DNA of 59,637 nt from Octopus bimaculoides (Eukaryota), in contig NC_068997.1 in assembly GCF_001194135.2 (NCBI RefSeq), positions 8,180,526 to 8,240,162 on the forward strand. Reading direction: 5' to 3'. Every line of letters begins with the position of its first letter. Positions within the stretch are counted from its first letter, which is position 1. Positions 33,780-47,140 of the stretch are shown here, in pieces. Under the pieces are notes generated by a model that saw only the letters and a program-made list of their open reading frames with translations, did not search any database and was not told where the DNA came from. The translations under genes and the position numbers were made by a program.

Positions 33780-35420
33780 TAGAGCCACCATGACCAATGT
33801 CTGTCAGCAGAATAAACAGTAAGTTTGATGAGATTGTTGAAGTGCAAGAGCAGAAGTATGTAGATGTGTGCTGTTTGCATGATGGAGACGAGCCTCAGCT
33901 AGATTCCTCACAGCAAAGATACTAATTCTTTTGCATAGGTACCAGTGAGGCTTCAAGTTGTGTAGTTATAGTTTTGGCAGAAAAATGGAAAATAAAGTGA
34001 GGAAGCTTGTCAGGCTTTGTGATAGGATTGTTAAACTAAGACTAATATTAGGTAATACAACAGCAGATTTATCATATACTCCATATGCTGGTTTGGCAGA
34101 TGAACGGTCTGATGCAAACACAAGCCAGATTGACTACATTTGCATCAGAAAATGAGATGTCCTCCTTGGGTAAGGAATGTACAATCTAACATAGATTAGT
34201 TGTTAGTATCTTCAGACTTAGAGCTAGAAGGACTCAGAGATGCAAGTTGTGAAAGTTTAAAACGGTCTGTTGAACACTCAGATTTAGAGATATTCTAACT
34301 GAACACATAACAAGGATGAAGCAACAGAAACATAACACAAAGGGCAACTGGAAGTTCTTATAGGCCAACCTAATGAAGGTGACCAACCAGTTTTGTGGTT
34401 GGTGCAAAGTTCCGGCTAGATCAAGGGTGATGTGGTGGTGAAACAGAAGTAGACACAGCCTTAGCTTGGAAAGATTAGAAAAATGAGAGTAGCAGAGAAT
34501 TATACCAGAATGTTAGAAGAGGAGCTAGGTGGGAGGGAAGCAAATGCCTATGATCTGCAGTGTGAGAACTACAGGCATTAGGTGTTCAAGATTCCAAGAT
34601 AGTGAATGAGAGAAAATAGATGCTATAAGAGAAAAGTTTGTATGGATTATGGAACAATTGCACTTAGGGTTTCTGAAAAAAGGAAAAAAAGAAGCATAGA
34701 AGTACAACTGTGAAGGACTATTAAATATGAAGAATGCATGAGAGAGAGAGAGAGAGAGTCTTCCCAATGTAAATCTGATAGAGGGACCAGTCATTCTAGT
34801 TGACAGCAAATTAAAGATGAAGTTATTTAGGATATGAAGATAAGGAAAGCCTTTTGGCCCATCAGGAATTACTGCTGAGGTGCTTAAAATAGCTGGTGGC
34901 ATGAGATGCATCCTAGTCACTCATATAAGGTAATCAGATTGTACTGGAAAGCATTATACTCAATGACTGGTGTAGCAGTCATATTTGGTTGTTAGAGGGG
35001 AGATGCCTTAGAAAAAAAATAAATCCAGAACAAAAATATTATGGAGAAAGTTACAGCTCAATTAATTAGGAACAGAATTAGACAAGATGGAATGCAGTTT
35101 GTTATTGTGCCAAAGAGTGGTACCACTGATGTTCTCTTTCTTGTAAAATTGCTACATGTAAATTATTTAACCAAAAGTAAAAAGCTGTACTTGCATTTGT
35201 TGACAGGAATTTAAAACGGGTTGCCCATGGGAAATCTTTCGTGCTGATGACCTTGTTTTTATAACTGAATATATAGAATTAGAAAAGAAGTTCTAAGTGC
35301 AGAAACAGCACCTGGATTCAAAGAGCTCTAACTTAGCAAAGTCTGAAGTTCTAGAAAACAGGAAAACAGAGAGGACACTGAGCCATTCAGGAAAATGACC
35401 CCATTCAATATGTAGAAAAT
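33780..35420 (+). mobile_element. Old, internally deleted copy of the main RTE LINE (APE endonuclease to RT)
   Basis: Interrupted fragments DEIVEV...VDVCCL, LAEKW..KV..VRLCDRIVKLRLILG, SQIDYI, GKAFGPSGITAEVLKI, MEKVTAQLIRNRI, LYLHLL, SGK*PHSICRK. Confidence 0.8.
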
Positions 35421-35682
35421 GCTTGATATGCTGGTCACATCCATGTACACTCATTGCATTCAGCCATGTATATCTCACTCCTACCTCTCTTTCCTCTACT
35501 AACTGTCTCCCAATGAATTCTCTGCTTCCTCAACACCCTGTCACCTTCCTCCTTCACAACACTCCAACTTTCACCACTTCTTCTTTGTCATACTTGTCTC
35601 TATCTCTTTCACTCATCCCCCACCATTCATTTTCACCCTCATCATGTGGATTCAACCTATCCAACCATCTTTACCTCTTTGG

Positions 35683-35735
<53 letters not shown>

Positions 35736-36541
35736 ACACACACACTGAAATCCCTGATGCAACTGTTGCCTATGCCCTTTCCATGACCACCTTCCCTCCA
35801 GGATTGTCCCCTCTGTTATGCACTTCACTGCCATTCCCCCCACCACAACATTTGAAGAGCAGAAAATCATTAACAGCCACTCATGTATTGTATTTGCTTA
35901 AACATATGCAATGCAAATAAACCTGAGAGTTTAAGCCATAGAAGATGAAACTAATTATATTCAGTTATAGGGCTTTACACATTTGAATAAGCTACGGATT
36001 TAAAATGTTGCAATAAGTGTAGTGCCTGCAGGAACAGATTAGTTCTGACTTGCTATTCAATAATTGGGTTTTTTTTCAGAAAGCAGCATCTCAGACTTTT
36101 CAATATACAGCTTGGTCTGTGTCTTACTTGTTTTTATAATATGGTCTTTGATGCAATCTTCGCCAACAGTGTTAAAATATATGTTTGAGTCTTTCTATAC
36201 ATATTTTGATAGGGATGTACTAGCTTTTATACTTTTGTCATTAAAAGAAAAATTAGGTTGCAAATAAATTTGACTCTACTTTCAGTATAGAGTCACAACA
36301 TCAGTAAATGTTCCATTGTTATTCTTGAATGTACTTTAATATAATGCCATTTTAATATATATAAACATATATAAAGTGGCAACCTGGCAGATTTGCTACC
36401 ACACCAGAGAAAAATACTTAGCAGCATTTCTTCCGGCTGATTACATTCTGAGTTCAAAAGCTGTTGGGGCTTTCATCCAGTGTCAATAAAATATGCACTG
36501 AGAACACTGGGGTTGATGTGACTGAGGAAGTCCCCCTCCTT

Positions 36542-37228
36542 GGACTTTTCCAAGAAGTCCTTCCTGTCTTTTCCCCTCTTTGGACTTTTCCAGGAAGTTC
36601 TTCCTCTCCTCATCCATTCCCCTCAGATCCCCTTCTTTGGACTTTTCCAGGAAGTCGTTACTCTCTTTTCCCCCCTCAGCTCCCCCATCTTTGGACTTTT
36701 CCAGGAGGTCCTTCCTCCTCTTCCCTCCTCAGCNNNNNNNNNNCAAAAGCTGTTGGGGCTTTCATCCAGTGTCAATAAAATATGCACTGAGAACACTGGG
36801 GTTGATGTGACTGAGGAAGTCCCCCTCCTTGGACTTTTCCAAGAAGTCCTTCCTCCCCTACCCCCTCATCTCCCGTTCCTTGGATTTTTCCAGGGAGTCC
36901 TTCCTTCCTTTCCCCCCCTCAGCTCCCTCCTTGAACTTTTCCAGGAAGTTTTTCCTCCCCTTCACCCCACAACTCCCCCCTCTAAATTTTCCAGAAAGTC
37001 CACCCGCCTTGGACTTTTCCAGAAAATCCTTCCTCCCCTTCCCTCTCTGCTACCCTCTTCGGAACTTTCCAGGAAGTTCCCCTTCCTCGGACTCTTCCAG
37101 GAAGTCCCCAACCCTGCCTTGGAGTTTTCTAGTAAGTCCTTCTTCCTCTTCCTACCCTTGAAATCACCCTCTTCGGAATTATCCAGGGATGTCCTCATCC
37201 CCCTTTCTCGGACTTTTCCAGAAAGTCC
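36542..37228. repeat. Array of 14 imperfect 19-bp palindromes (GGACTTTTCCAGGAAGTCC) with variable pyrimidine-rich spacers
   Basis: Units start at 36542, 36582, 36639, 36693, 36831, 36882, 36933, 36983, 37011, 37061, 37089, 37121, 37175 and 37210. Confidence 0.9.
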
Positions 37229-37739
37229 TTCCTACACTTCAAACCCCCTCCAAAGAGGGGGATTTGAAGGGGAGGAAAAGGCAAACCATATCTTAGTTAG
37301 TTTTGACATAAGCAGCATGATATTTTTACACTATACCATATGTGAGGCAAGGATCACGTAGGTAGTGTTAGATACCTCCGCCCCACATCCTATGTACCAC
37401 ACAACCAGCCTGTGATATTATTACATGATGAAATCAGAAGAAAAACGAAAAAAAATCTATAAATAATTGCTCTCTTAATGTACCAAAAGCACAAATCAAA
37501 TCAATCGGAGCATATAAGCTCTCAGGAAGCCCATAGGAAAGAAATTAAAAAACAACCTGCTGGTGGGTTGGGCGGAACTTGCTAACATACCACAACGACC
37601 CACCGGCAGAATGTTTGGGAGCCAACATCTTAAATATTCAGCCAGACATAGTTGCAGTGTACATATTTACCAAGATATTAGCCTAGATTTTATTGTTTTA
37701 AAATTAAAATGATGATTAAAATAACACGATACAATTCAT

Positions 37740-39771
37740 GTGTCAGTCTTGAGAAGCAATGAATCTGCACCCAAAGAAATCGTATCAGTTGCTGATGGTA
37801 GTGCAGCATCTGTTGTTGCTGCACAGGCCCACACACGAGTGGCAGTCATGCATACAGCAACTGCATTTGAAGGAGCTCTCTCCCGGAGCTACTGGATTTT
37901 CCTTCAACCAAATGCATTTTTCTTTGGTGGCAAATTCCTGTTTTTATTCCACTCTCTTCATCCCCTTGTGCAGTATTTGTCTCCAGTGTGGGCTGATCAT
38001 TTGCAACTTCCTCCCATCTCAGGACGTCTAGATCAAGCAACTTCATATTCCTCTTACAGACGTCCTTGAAATGAAGATGAAGTCGTCTTCATGTTCTTGT
38101 GCCAGTGGTCAATTCTCCGTACAGGAGATCTTTTGGGATCCTTCTATCCGGCAGGGTAAGTATGCTGAGTATCTTGGCGTGTATGAAGACTTTGGTGTTG
38201 GCTCTGTGGTCGGTCCATTTGATATCCAAGATGTGTCCCAAATTACGATAGAGAAAGACGTAAAGACACTGCCCCTGTCTGGAAGCAGAGTCACCATGTC
38301 TCCCTGCTGTAAAGTAGCACACTAAGAAAGCACACATTATAAACAGTAATCTTGGTGTTTGCAGCCAGTTTTTTGTTTTCCCAAACTCTCTTTGGAGGAT
38401 GCTTGTCCAATTTGCCTGTTGATCTCATGGTCCAGGGAGAAGGTCATCAGCAATGGTAGAACCAAGATAGGTGAATTGATGGACCACCTCCAGCTTCTTG
38501 TTGTTGATGGTGATGGTGGCAGGATACTTGGCACTTTGGCCCAGTACTTTAGTCTTCTTCAGACTGATAGTCACACTGAATTCCTGACAGGCCTTTGAAA
38601 GTTTGTCCACAAGGTGCTGCATTTACTTTTCAGAGTGTGCTGTCCGTGCTGTATCATCTGCGAACAGCATGTCTCTAATAAGTACCTGATGCACCCTGGA
38701 TTTTGATTTCAACCTCAACAGACTAAACAGTTTACTGTCTGATCTGGTGTAAAGGTAAACGCCATCAACTGATGTCCCAAATGCATGTTTTAGCATAACT
38801 GCAAAAAAGATGCCAAACAGGATGGGGGAAAGCACACAGCGCTACTTCACATTGCTATGTATGTTGAATGCCTCCAAAGAAGAGCCATCAAATTGAACGA
38901 TGTCTTTTATGTCCATGTGAAATGATTGGACAATCCTGAGGAGTCTTGGAGGACAGCCAGTCTTGACAAGGATTTTGAACAGGTCACCTCTACTGACTAG
39001 GTCAAAAGCTCTTGTGAGGTTGATGAAGACAGATCATGTTGATGGTAGTGTGTTCTGATCTGAAACCGCACTGAAATTCAGGGTATACTCCTTTGTTCTT
39101 ATATAAGATGATTGTTGCAGTCTCTCATGTCTTGGGGTATTGATCCCTCCTCCCAGCACTGACTCAGTAGCTTCAGCGAGTGGCTAAGCGGAACTCTCTT
39201 TGCACATCTGATGATTTCTGGTAGGATACCATCCGAACCCGGTGCTTTGCCAGTCAACAAGCCATCAATGGCTCTGTTCAGTTCTTCAGCAGTTGGCAGT
39301 GGGTCCATGACAGGTAGGTGTTCTACAGTGTCTAGCACTGTCCAAGTTGTTTTTCTTGATGCAGAGTTCAGAATAATGTTCCACCCATCACTCCAGCAGC
39401 TCTCTTTTGCCCTTGATAACATCCCTGTTCTGGATTTGAGTGAAGCGATCTTGCTTTGGGTTGGGCCGATGACTTTCTTGATACCTTCATACATCCCATG
39501 AATGCTGCCCATGTCAAATGACAGTTGGATGTCTACATATAGTTGTAACCAGTAGTCATTTGCACACCATCTCACTGTCTTTTGTATGTTGTTCCTTGCT
39601 GATCTCAATGCTTGCAGTGTTGTCTTTGTGGGTTGGTGTTTGTGCATCTGCAGGACAACACACTTCTCCTCCAAGGTGGTATTGAGCTCTTTTACATTTG
39701 CCTCAAACCAGTCTTGTGTCATTTTCCTCCTCCTCCCAAAGCCCTCACAGCAGTGCTATGGATGATATCCA
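37740..39771 (-). mobile_element. Decayed RTE LINE, BovB/RTE-1-like (linker, RT, C-terminal Zn-finger-like motif)
   Basis: GKAPGSDGILPEII, LSPILFGIFF, GVYLYTRSDSKLFSLLRLKSKSRVHQVLIRDMLFADD, TISLKKTKVL, FTYLGSTI, PKDLLYGELTTG, C..DCHS.VGL; multiple frameshifts and stops. Confidence 0.9.
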
Positions 39772-40074
39772 TNNNNNNNNNNNNNNNNNNNNNNNNNNNN
39801 NNNNNNNNNNNNNNNNNNNNNNNNNNNNNNNNNNNNNNNNNNNNNNNNNNNNNNNNNNNNNNNNNNNNNNNNAATGTAGTGACAAGATGCTGAACTTAGG
39901 AATTCAATATCTTAAGCACACAACAGTTACACATATACAGAAGTGAGTTTTATCCCATTAGCATGATACAACTAACATCAATAGCATCATCATCATCTTA
40001 ATCATCAGCAATAACAATTATTCTTTCTTTTTTTTATATAATAATAAGATGTTTACACTTTGTCTTAAAATATT

Positions 40075-40460
40075 GGTTTCAAACTTTGGCAAAAGACTAG
40101 CAATTTCTGGGGAGGGGATAAATTACATTGATGAAAGACAAAGTCGACCGCGGCAGAATTTGAACTCACAATGTAAAGACATGAAATACTGCAAAGCATT
40201 TTGCTAAGAGCACTAATGACTCTGCCAGCCCATCGCCTTACATTGTCTTAAGATCTTGGTTTCAAATTTTGGCTCAGGGCCAGCAATTTCTGGAGAAGGA
40301 ATAAATCAATTACATTGACCTCAGGACTCAAATGGTATTTATTTCATCGACCCTGAAAAGATGAAAGGCAAAGTCAACCTCAGTGGAATTTTAACCCAGA
40401 ACGTGGAAATGGACGAAATACTGCAAAGTGTGCTAATGATTTTGTCAGCACACCACCTTA
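40075..40460 (-). mobile_element. Two tandem SINE family B copies
   Basis: Twice ...gaaag(g/a)caaagtc(g/a)acc...gaattt...gaaatactgcaaag. Confidence 0.75.
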
Positions 40461-41888
40461 CTTTGTCTTAAAATATTAAGGACACATTGGATAATGATGT
40501 CCTAGATAGACTGTGGCTGGAATGCCTTTGCTCATGGATCTACTTCATCAGAACTTGCCATGGATCAAATAATAACACAAACCTTTTAGTATTCCTGCAT
40601 ATCACATTTGATTTTATAATATCATCATCATCATTATGTTCATCATTTAACGTCCACTTTCCATGCTAGCATATATAATATATTAGAGGAATATCCAGTG
40701 TTGCCTGAGAACCGAAGAACACTGGTTGAATAAGAATCGTCATAATTCATTATTTCAAAACAGTGTTTATATCATAAAAGACATGTATTTTGTTTTCTTT
40801 TTTAATTTTACTTGGATTTCAATAACCTACTGTAAATACCATTCCACCCATGCCATATATGCAATATATGGCATGGGTGGAATGGTATTTGAAAGGTATA
40901 TCAGTGTAATGATTAAGTGTAACATTTTATATGAGTAATGTTTGGAAGTTGGCATCACCAANNNNNNNNNNTTAAGTGTAACATTTTATATGAGTAATGT
41001 TTGGAAGTTGGCATCACCAATTTGTAATGGTTAAGTGTAAGACCCAATTTTAACAGTTTATAAACATCAGAGGTCACCAATTATAATGATCATATGTAAC
41101 ATTAATATTCACTGAATGAGTGAAGAATGTTAATTGTTAGCTGAAATAGTTCTTAATTTATCATCATGATCATTACAAAATAAATTACAACTACTGTTGA
41201 GGTACACAGGATTCTGTAGATAGTTTCATCTGTGGCTGGCAACTTGAGAGAGGAAAGGTAAGAGAATCTGAGCAGATAGAGAAAATAAGAGCGGTGTTGT
41301 CCCTCACATAAAGGTGCTTCCTCCATCTGTGCAGGAAAAAAGAAGGAAGAAAGAGGGATGCTCTTAGACCAGAAGCCAAATGACCAAAGAGATAGAACTG
41401 ATGTTTAGTTGCATATTTATATTTTCTCTAACTAAATTAGGTCAGGCTAAACAAAAGATTTTTCCTCTTGTTTCAGCTTTGACTCATATTTGATTCAAAA
41501 AGATTAAGAAGGTCAGCTTACTCTTATAAATTTCCTAGTGGAACAAGTAATAACAAGNNNNNNNNNNAAGGTCAGCTTACTCTTATAAATTTCCTAGTGG
41601 AACAAGTAATAACAAGAAGAAGAGAACCTGTAGGAAAATGTGGATTTGGTATCAAATCCTTGCTTAGAAATTTGGAAGCTATTCGTAACATTGGTATACA
41701 ATATATGACTGAGTTATCCAATAAGCATCCTCCTGATTGTATCTTTTTGGTTTTTAATTTATTCAGAAAACATTTATGGATTTCTTTGTTAGACACAGGA
41801 GATTACAAGTGTATCAGAAACAAAAAAAAATGTTTCCCTTCTCCATAACCCTAAAACCTAACTCTAAACCCTAAACTATAACCTTAAA

Positions 41889-43196
41889 TTCGGTTCTCTT
41901 TATTTGGCCTCCTTCTATTTGTTGCTTACATTAATGACATAGATGCCAACTTAAAAAATGCCACAGAGCTGAAATATGCAGACGACATCAAGCTGTACCT
42001 TGAGATAAAAAGACAGGTCCTAAACACAATAGATCTTTCCTGCAATCAGACCTAGGCAATACAGCAATGGCTCACAGACTGGCAACTCAAGCTGGCTGTG
42101 GACAAGTGTACCACCATACATTTTGGNNNNNNNNNNCTCAAGCTGGCTGTGGACAAGTGTACCACCATACATTTTGGGAGGAAAAATCCCAGCATCCACA
42201 TACTCCCTCCACAACATTAATATCAAGAAGTCTTCTTGTGAACGTGACCTGGGCATNNNNNNNNNNTCCACAACATTAATATCAAGAAGTCTTCTTGTGA
42301 ACGTGACCTGGGCATTACTGTCAGAGCAATTTGTGTTGGACAAAGTACATCTCTAAAATTGACAAGAAGGCCGAGGGTGTCTTAGCATCACTCAGCAAGG
42401 CCTTTGTCAGCCACTCTCCAGCTATCTATTTAAGGCTGTATATGGCTATGNNNNNNNNNNTTTGTCAGCCACTCTCCAGCTATCTATTTAAGGCTGTATA
42501 TGGCTATGGTACGGCCACATTTGGAATTTGCATCACCAGTCTGGAAACTATCCTGCTCAGGACATTGACTTCCTGGAAACTGTTCGGAGATGTGCAACCA
42601 AGCGAATACCCTCCATCAGGCACCTACCATACTCTGAAAGCCTTGCTTCCCTGGGCTTAGATACACTGAAGCTCCAATGACTGGCAACTGACTTGGTAAA
42701 CACCCACAAAATTATGAACCATTGTGCCAACAACCACCTTGAGCAACATCTTGTGCTCCATGTGCCTAACACACATGTGGGCATGCCTACACAGTCAGAA
42801 NNNNNNNNNNNNNNNNNNNNNNNNNNNNNNNNNNNNNNNNNNNNNNNNNNNNNNNNNNNNNNNNNNNNNNNNNNNNNNNNNNNNNNNNNNNNNNNNNNNN
42901 NNNNNNNNNNAGATGCCAAGACACTGCATCCTTTAAGACCTCCATGCTTCCTGAAATTCACAAACACTACACCTAATATCCACCCCCCTCCATACACATG
43001 CACTCATGTATATCATGACTCATGCTCTGTTCACGTTCCTGACTTTTGCACATAATTCTATGTACTATACATGCNNNNNNNNNNTCTGTTCACGTTCCTG
43101 ACTTTTGCACATAATTCTATGTACTATACATGCACCTTTGATAAGTTGTAGAGCTCCTGAGCACTATACCACAATAATTTCGTTGTTATCATTATT
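41889..43196 (+). mobile_element. 5'-truncated CR1/L2-group LINE (RT C-terminal half, 3' UTR, ATT tail)
   Basis: LLFVAYINDIDANLKNATELKYADDIKLYL...WLTDWQLKLAVDKC...ERDLGI...LYMAMVRPHLEFASPVW; broken by 10-N gaps. Confidence 0.85.
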
Positions 43197-44776
43197 TTAA
43201 TGTAACAATGATACAGAACTCTTTCCGGCACATTCTAACCACAATCCATTTCCCTTGCTACTACAATACAGCAAGTGAGTGAGCAACATCTGTGAATTAC
43301 CTATAATATATTATTACAAACAGTAAATTGATAAACAATCAATAAATAATGAATTCTTTAAAACTAGGACAAGGACAATTTTTCTCGCAACAGGCTGATC
43401 TACTAGAATCGACTTCAGTGTTGTATATTTCTGATACTCATATTATCAACATCAAAAGTTACTCATAATTTCTGGAATAAGAACAGAGAGAGAGAGGCAT
43501 TAGATGCTGTGTCCATCACTCCACTCCACTACACTAGTAAATCTATTCGACCATGACTTTCACACAACATTTACATAAAAAAACAGTAATCGAGTTAGTG
43601 TTAACTTAACGAAGGGATCAAATATATCTAACTGGAAATACATATGTTGATAACTGACTAATATTATTTCAATTCTTTCAGCAATTATGGAAGACAATAC
43701 CAGACATGCTTCAGTCGTATTTGCGATTCTCTGTGAAAACAACACTTGGGTAAGGGAACAGTTGTAGAAATATATAATTGTGGAAATACAGAACTGATTG
43801 TCTTGGCAGTTTAGTTACATATAAGCCCTGAAGTAGCAGACCTATGACTACAGACAGCTGTGATCATACAGTTTTGCTTAGAATTTTTTGTTTTTTCCTT
43901 TATGTATCTACAAATAAATGATCCAGGGTGTATTTCATTTTAACCCTTTCAATACTGTATCTATTTTGAGATGCTCTCTGTTTCTTTCAATTACTTTAAA
44001 TATAACAAAGANNNNNNNNNNNNNNNNNNNNNNNNNNNNNNNNNNNNNNNNNNNNNNNNNNNNNNNNNNNNNNNNNNNNNNNNNNNNNNNNNNNNNNNNN
44101 NNNNNNNNNNNCTTTGTAAGCCTAGTACTTATTCTATCGGTCTCTTTTGCCGAACTGCTATATATTTTATCACTTTGGATCAATCAGCCAGAAAAGAAAA
44201 AAATTATTTTAGTTCAAACTGTATTTGTTATCCTACCAAACAACACTGGAAGAACAATGAAGTTTCTCAGAGGATGATGCCAAAGAAGAAATGTGCTGCA
44301 AGAACTGACATCTTCCATGGACCTACATTTGAAAATAATTCAGGAGGATGGATCAATGGGTACCAACAAAATGGTTACACAGTTACCCAAACTAGCGTAC
44401 CTGTTCAAGTACTGCCATGAGAAAAAGACACATCTAAATGAAAGCAAAATTTCTGAAGTAAGCTCAGAATTTCAATTGATGAATGTCCACTTTTCCATGC
44501 TTGCATGGGTCAGATAGAGTTTATTGAAACAGGTTTTCTATGGCCTGAGGTTTTTACCTGTCACCAACCTTCCCTTGTTTCCAAAAAAGGTAATATCTCA
44601 GCATGGTCAGATAAGCCTTTGCAGAATGTTGGAAATGAATGTCATGGCCTGTATGGTAGTGACACTTATTTACAACCAGGAGACACAAACATACACACAC
44701 TCGCATTCCCATAAAATCACATCCGCTCACATACATGCATATACACATACACGCATATATATATATATATATATAT

Positions 44777-45628
44777 ACCCCTGCTGGCGACAAAGGGACT
44801 CTCACTCAGAGTAAAAGGCAGACTGTATGACGCATGCGTACGAACAACCATGCTACATGGCAGTGAAACATGGGCTGTAACTGCTGAGGACATACGTAAG
44901 CTCGCAAGGAATGAAGCCAGTATGCTCCGTTGGATGTGTAATGTCAATGTGAATACCCGTCAGAGTGTAAGTATCTTGAGAGAAAAGCTGAACATTAGAA
45001 GCATCAGTTGTGGCGTGCAAGAGAGACGATTGCGCTGGTATGGACATGTGGTGAGAANNNNNNNNNNNNNNNNNNNNNNNNNNNNNNNNNNNNNNNNNNN
45101 NNNNNNNNNNNNNNNNNNNNNNNNNNNNNNNNNNNNNNNNNNNNNNNNNNNNNNNNNNNNNNNNNNNNNNNNNNNNNNNNNNNNNNNNNNNNNNNNNNNN
45201 NNNNNNNNNNNNNNNNNNNNNNNNNNNNNNNNNNNNNNNNNNNNNNNNNNNNNNNNNNNNNNNNNNNNNNNNNNNNNNNNNNNNNNNNNNNNNNNNNNNN
45301 NNNNNNNNNNNNNNNNNNNNNNNNNNNNNNNNNNNNNNNNNNNNNNNNNNNNNNNNNNNNNNNNNNNNNNNNNNNNNNNNNNNNNNNNNNNNNNNNGGCA
45401 CATAAAAGACACCATTTCGAGCGTGGCCGTTTTCGTGCGGGTGACACGTAAAAGCACCCACTACACTCTCTGAGTGGTTGGCGTTAGGAAGGGCATCCAG
45501 CTGTAGAAACTCTGCCAAATCAGACTGGAGCCTGGTGTTGCCATCCGGTTTCACCAGTCCTCAGTCAAATCGTCCAACCCATGCTAGCATGGAAAGCGGA
45601 CGTTAAACGATGATGATGATGATGATGA
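44777..45628 (+). mobile_element. Young 5'-truncated RTE LINE inserted in (TA)n
   Basis: Uninterrupted PLLATKGLSLRVKGRLYDACVRTTMLHGSETWAVTAEDIRKLARNEASMLRWMCN...RRLRWYGHVVR, gap, 3' UTR, (GAT)n; TA repeats on both sides. Confidence 0.92.
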
Positions 45629-45696
45629 TATATATATATATATATATATTTATATATGTAAAAAGTATTTATAGTGGTGTACATATACGGGCTTAA

Positions 45697-45825
45697 CAGG
45701 CTTCTTTCAGTTTCCATCTACCAAAACTACTCACAAGGCTTTGATCAGTCCAGAACTATACTAGAAGACACTTACTCAAGGTGCCATGCAGTGAAACAGA
45801 ACCCCAAACCATGTGGTTGGGAAGT
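45697..45825 (-). mobile_element. SINE family A copy
   Basis: caggcttctttcagtttcc...tactcacaaggctttg...aaaccatgtggttgggaag. Confidence 0.8.
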
Positions 45826-46608
45826 GTGTGTGTGTGTGGTTTAGTAGTTAGGGTGTTGGACTCATGATTATAAGATTGTGGTTTTGAATCCTGGACTGGG
45901 TGATGTGTTGTGTTCAAATGGTTGGTATCAAATGGGTAAAGAAGTTTTGTTGAGGACAGGTTCAGATCCTACTTAAGAATTAATATCATCAGGTCACGTT
46001 TAACAAAATAAGATGTTATATTAACTGGAGTAATTCCAAGGGGATTAACATTCAAGTGCTTGACTAGATAAATATTTTGAAGATAACATTCATTTGGAGT
46101 GGAACAAATGGATGGCTGGGGAAGAATAGTTACTCACAGATGATGGTATGTCAGCAATTTAGTACAAAACAAATATCATAAGGAATTTCATTTCAAACAG
46201 CAATGTTCTTTTTTTTTTTTTTGTTTCTCTTCTTCTCATTGATGTTCGCATCAGACATGATATACATTCTTACTCTAAACTCCTGAGGGGCCATATAAGA
46301 TTTTTGGGGTTCTGTGCAACAAAATAGAAAATCAAGGATCCACAATAGTATTTTAAGGGCTCCTGTAAAATTTTTGCTGTAGATGTATGTATTGGTAATG
46401 TATTGCAAGAAACAGCTGGGTTTCTTTCTCTAGCATTTTACATAGTTCAACCTAAACAAGTTAATGTGTGAGAAACAAAATAGAGATTTTGAAAGAAGTG
46501 TCTATAAAACTAGTTTTTAAACATTGAATGGTTATGGGGGGGGGGGTTCCACCAGAATAAAACAGTAATCAAAGGGGTCCATAGATAAAAAATGGTTGAG
46601 AGCCCCTG

Positions 46609-47140
46609 CTCTAATCAGTCTATTGCAAGAATTGCATTGGATTATAGGTGCTAGTTGGGGTTGGGTTGCTCTGTTTTTCCTGCATTGTTGTTTCATTCTA
46701 ATATCCCTTCTATTTTCTTCAAAACAGGATATTCCTACCGCAGTCAAATTACACCAAACAATGTGTTGGTTGGCTGTCATTTCCCAGGAATCTTGGTCTA
46801 CACCACTACTCTTCAGAGTTTCCTTCAACTGGTCATTGTAGCTTCACAAGGGGCCGGGTCAACGAGGGCATCTCCCATTGTTCAGTTCCCCAAATAGATA
46901 TATCTTTGGGAACCTGTTTTCCCCATACGAGCCACATGGCTTGCCCACCAGAGGCAGTGCTTGATGATTGTAACCCCCATGCTAATTTGTCCTGCTCTCC
47001 TTAGTGTGCCAAAGTTTTCTCATTCAATGTTTAAGATAGACAAGAATTTCTTTTGATGGAATAGCTGAAGTTTCTTTAGGTCATAGAGGTACAGAGTCCA
47101 AATCTTACATCCATATAGCATGATAGGAAGCGCTGCGTCA
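46609..47140 (-). mobile_element. Decayed BovB/RTE-1-like LINE 3' fragment
   Basis: LPIMLYGCKIWTLY..KKLQLFHQK, FPK..LFGEL, KETLKSSGVDQDSWE, QCNSCNRLIRA. It abuts a one-ended hAT-like TIR (aaatggttgagagcccctg, about 46589-46608). Confidence 0.8.

Noticed and set aside
36454-36855. About 110-bp direct duplication across the 10-N gap
   Set aside because: Same pattern as other 10-N gaps; most likely overlapping contig ends or two haplotypes.
36542-37228. CRISPR array
   Set aside because: Eukaryotic context, no cas genes, degenerate repeats, and low-complexity spacers of uneven length.
36540-37361. 273-aa ORF with repeated GLFQEVLP
   Set aside because: The frame is open because the C/T-rich array lacks stops; it spans a gap and has no recognisable domain or splice context.
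40915-43130. Short direct repeats flanking 10-N gaps (also 6410-6520, 41510-41610, 42080-42500, 43025-43130)
   Set aside because: Each duplicate sits exactly either side of a 10-N placeholder: scaffolding artefact, not tandem duplication.
43971-44517. ORFs MMPKKKCAARTD... and MLQELTSSMDLH...
   Set aside because: No recognisable domain or consistent splice sites; they run through a gap or into repeats. May be a TE relic but unsupported.
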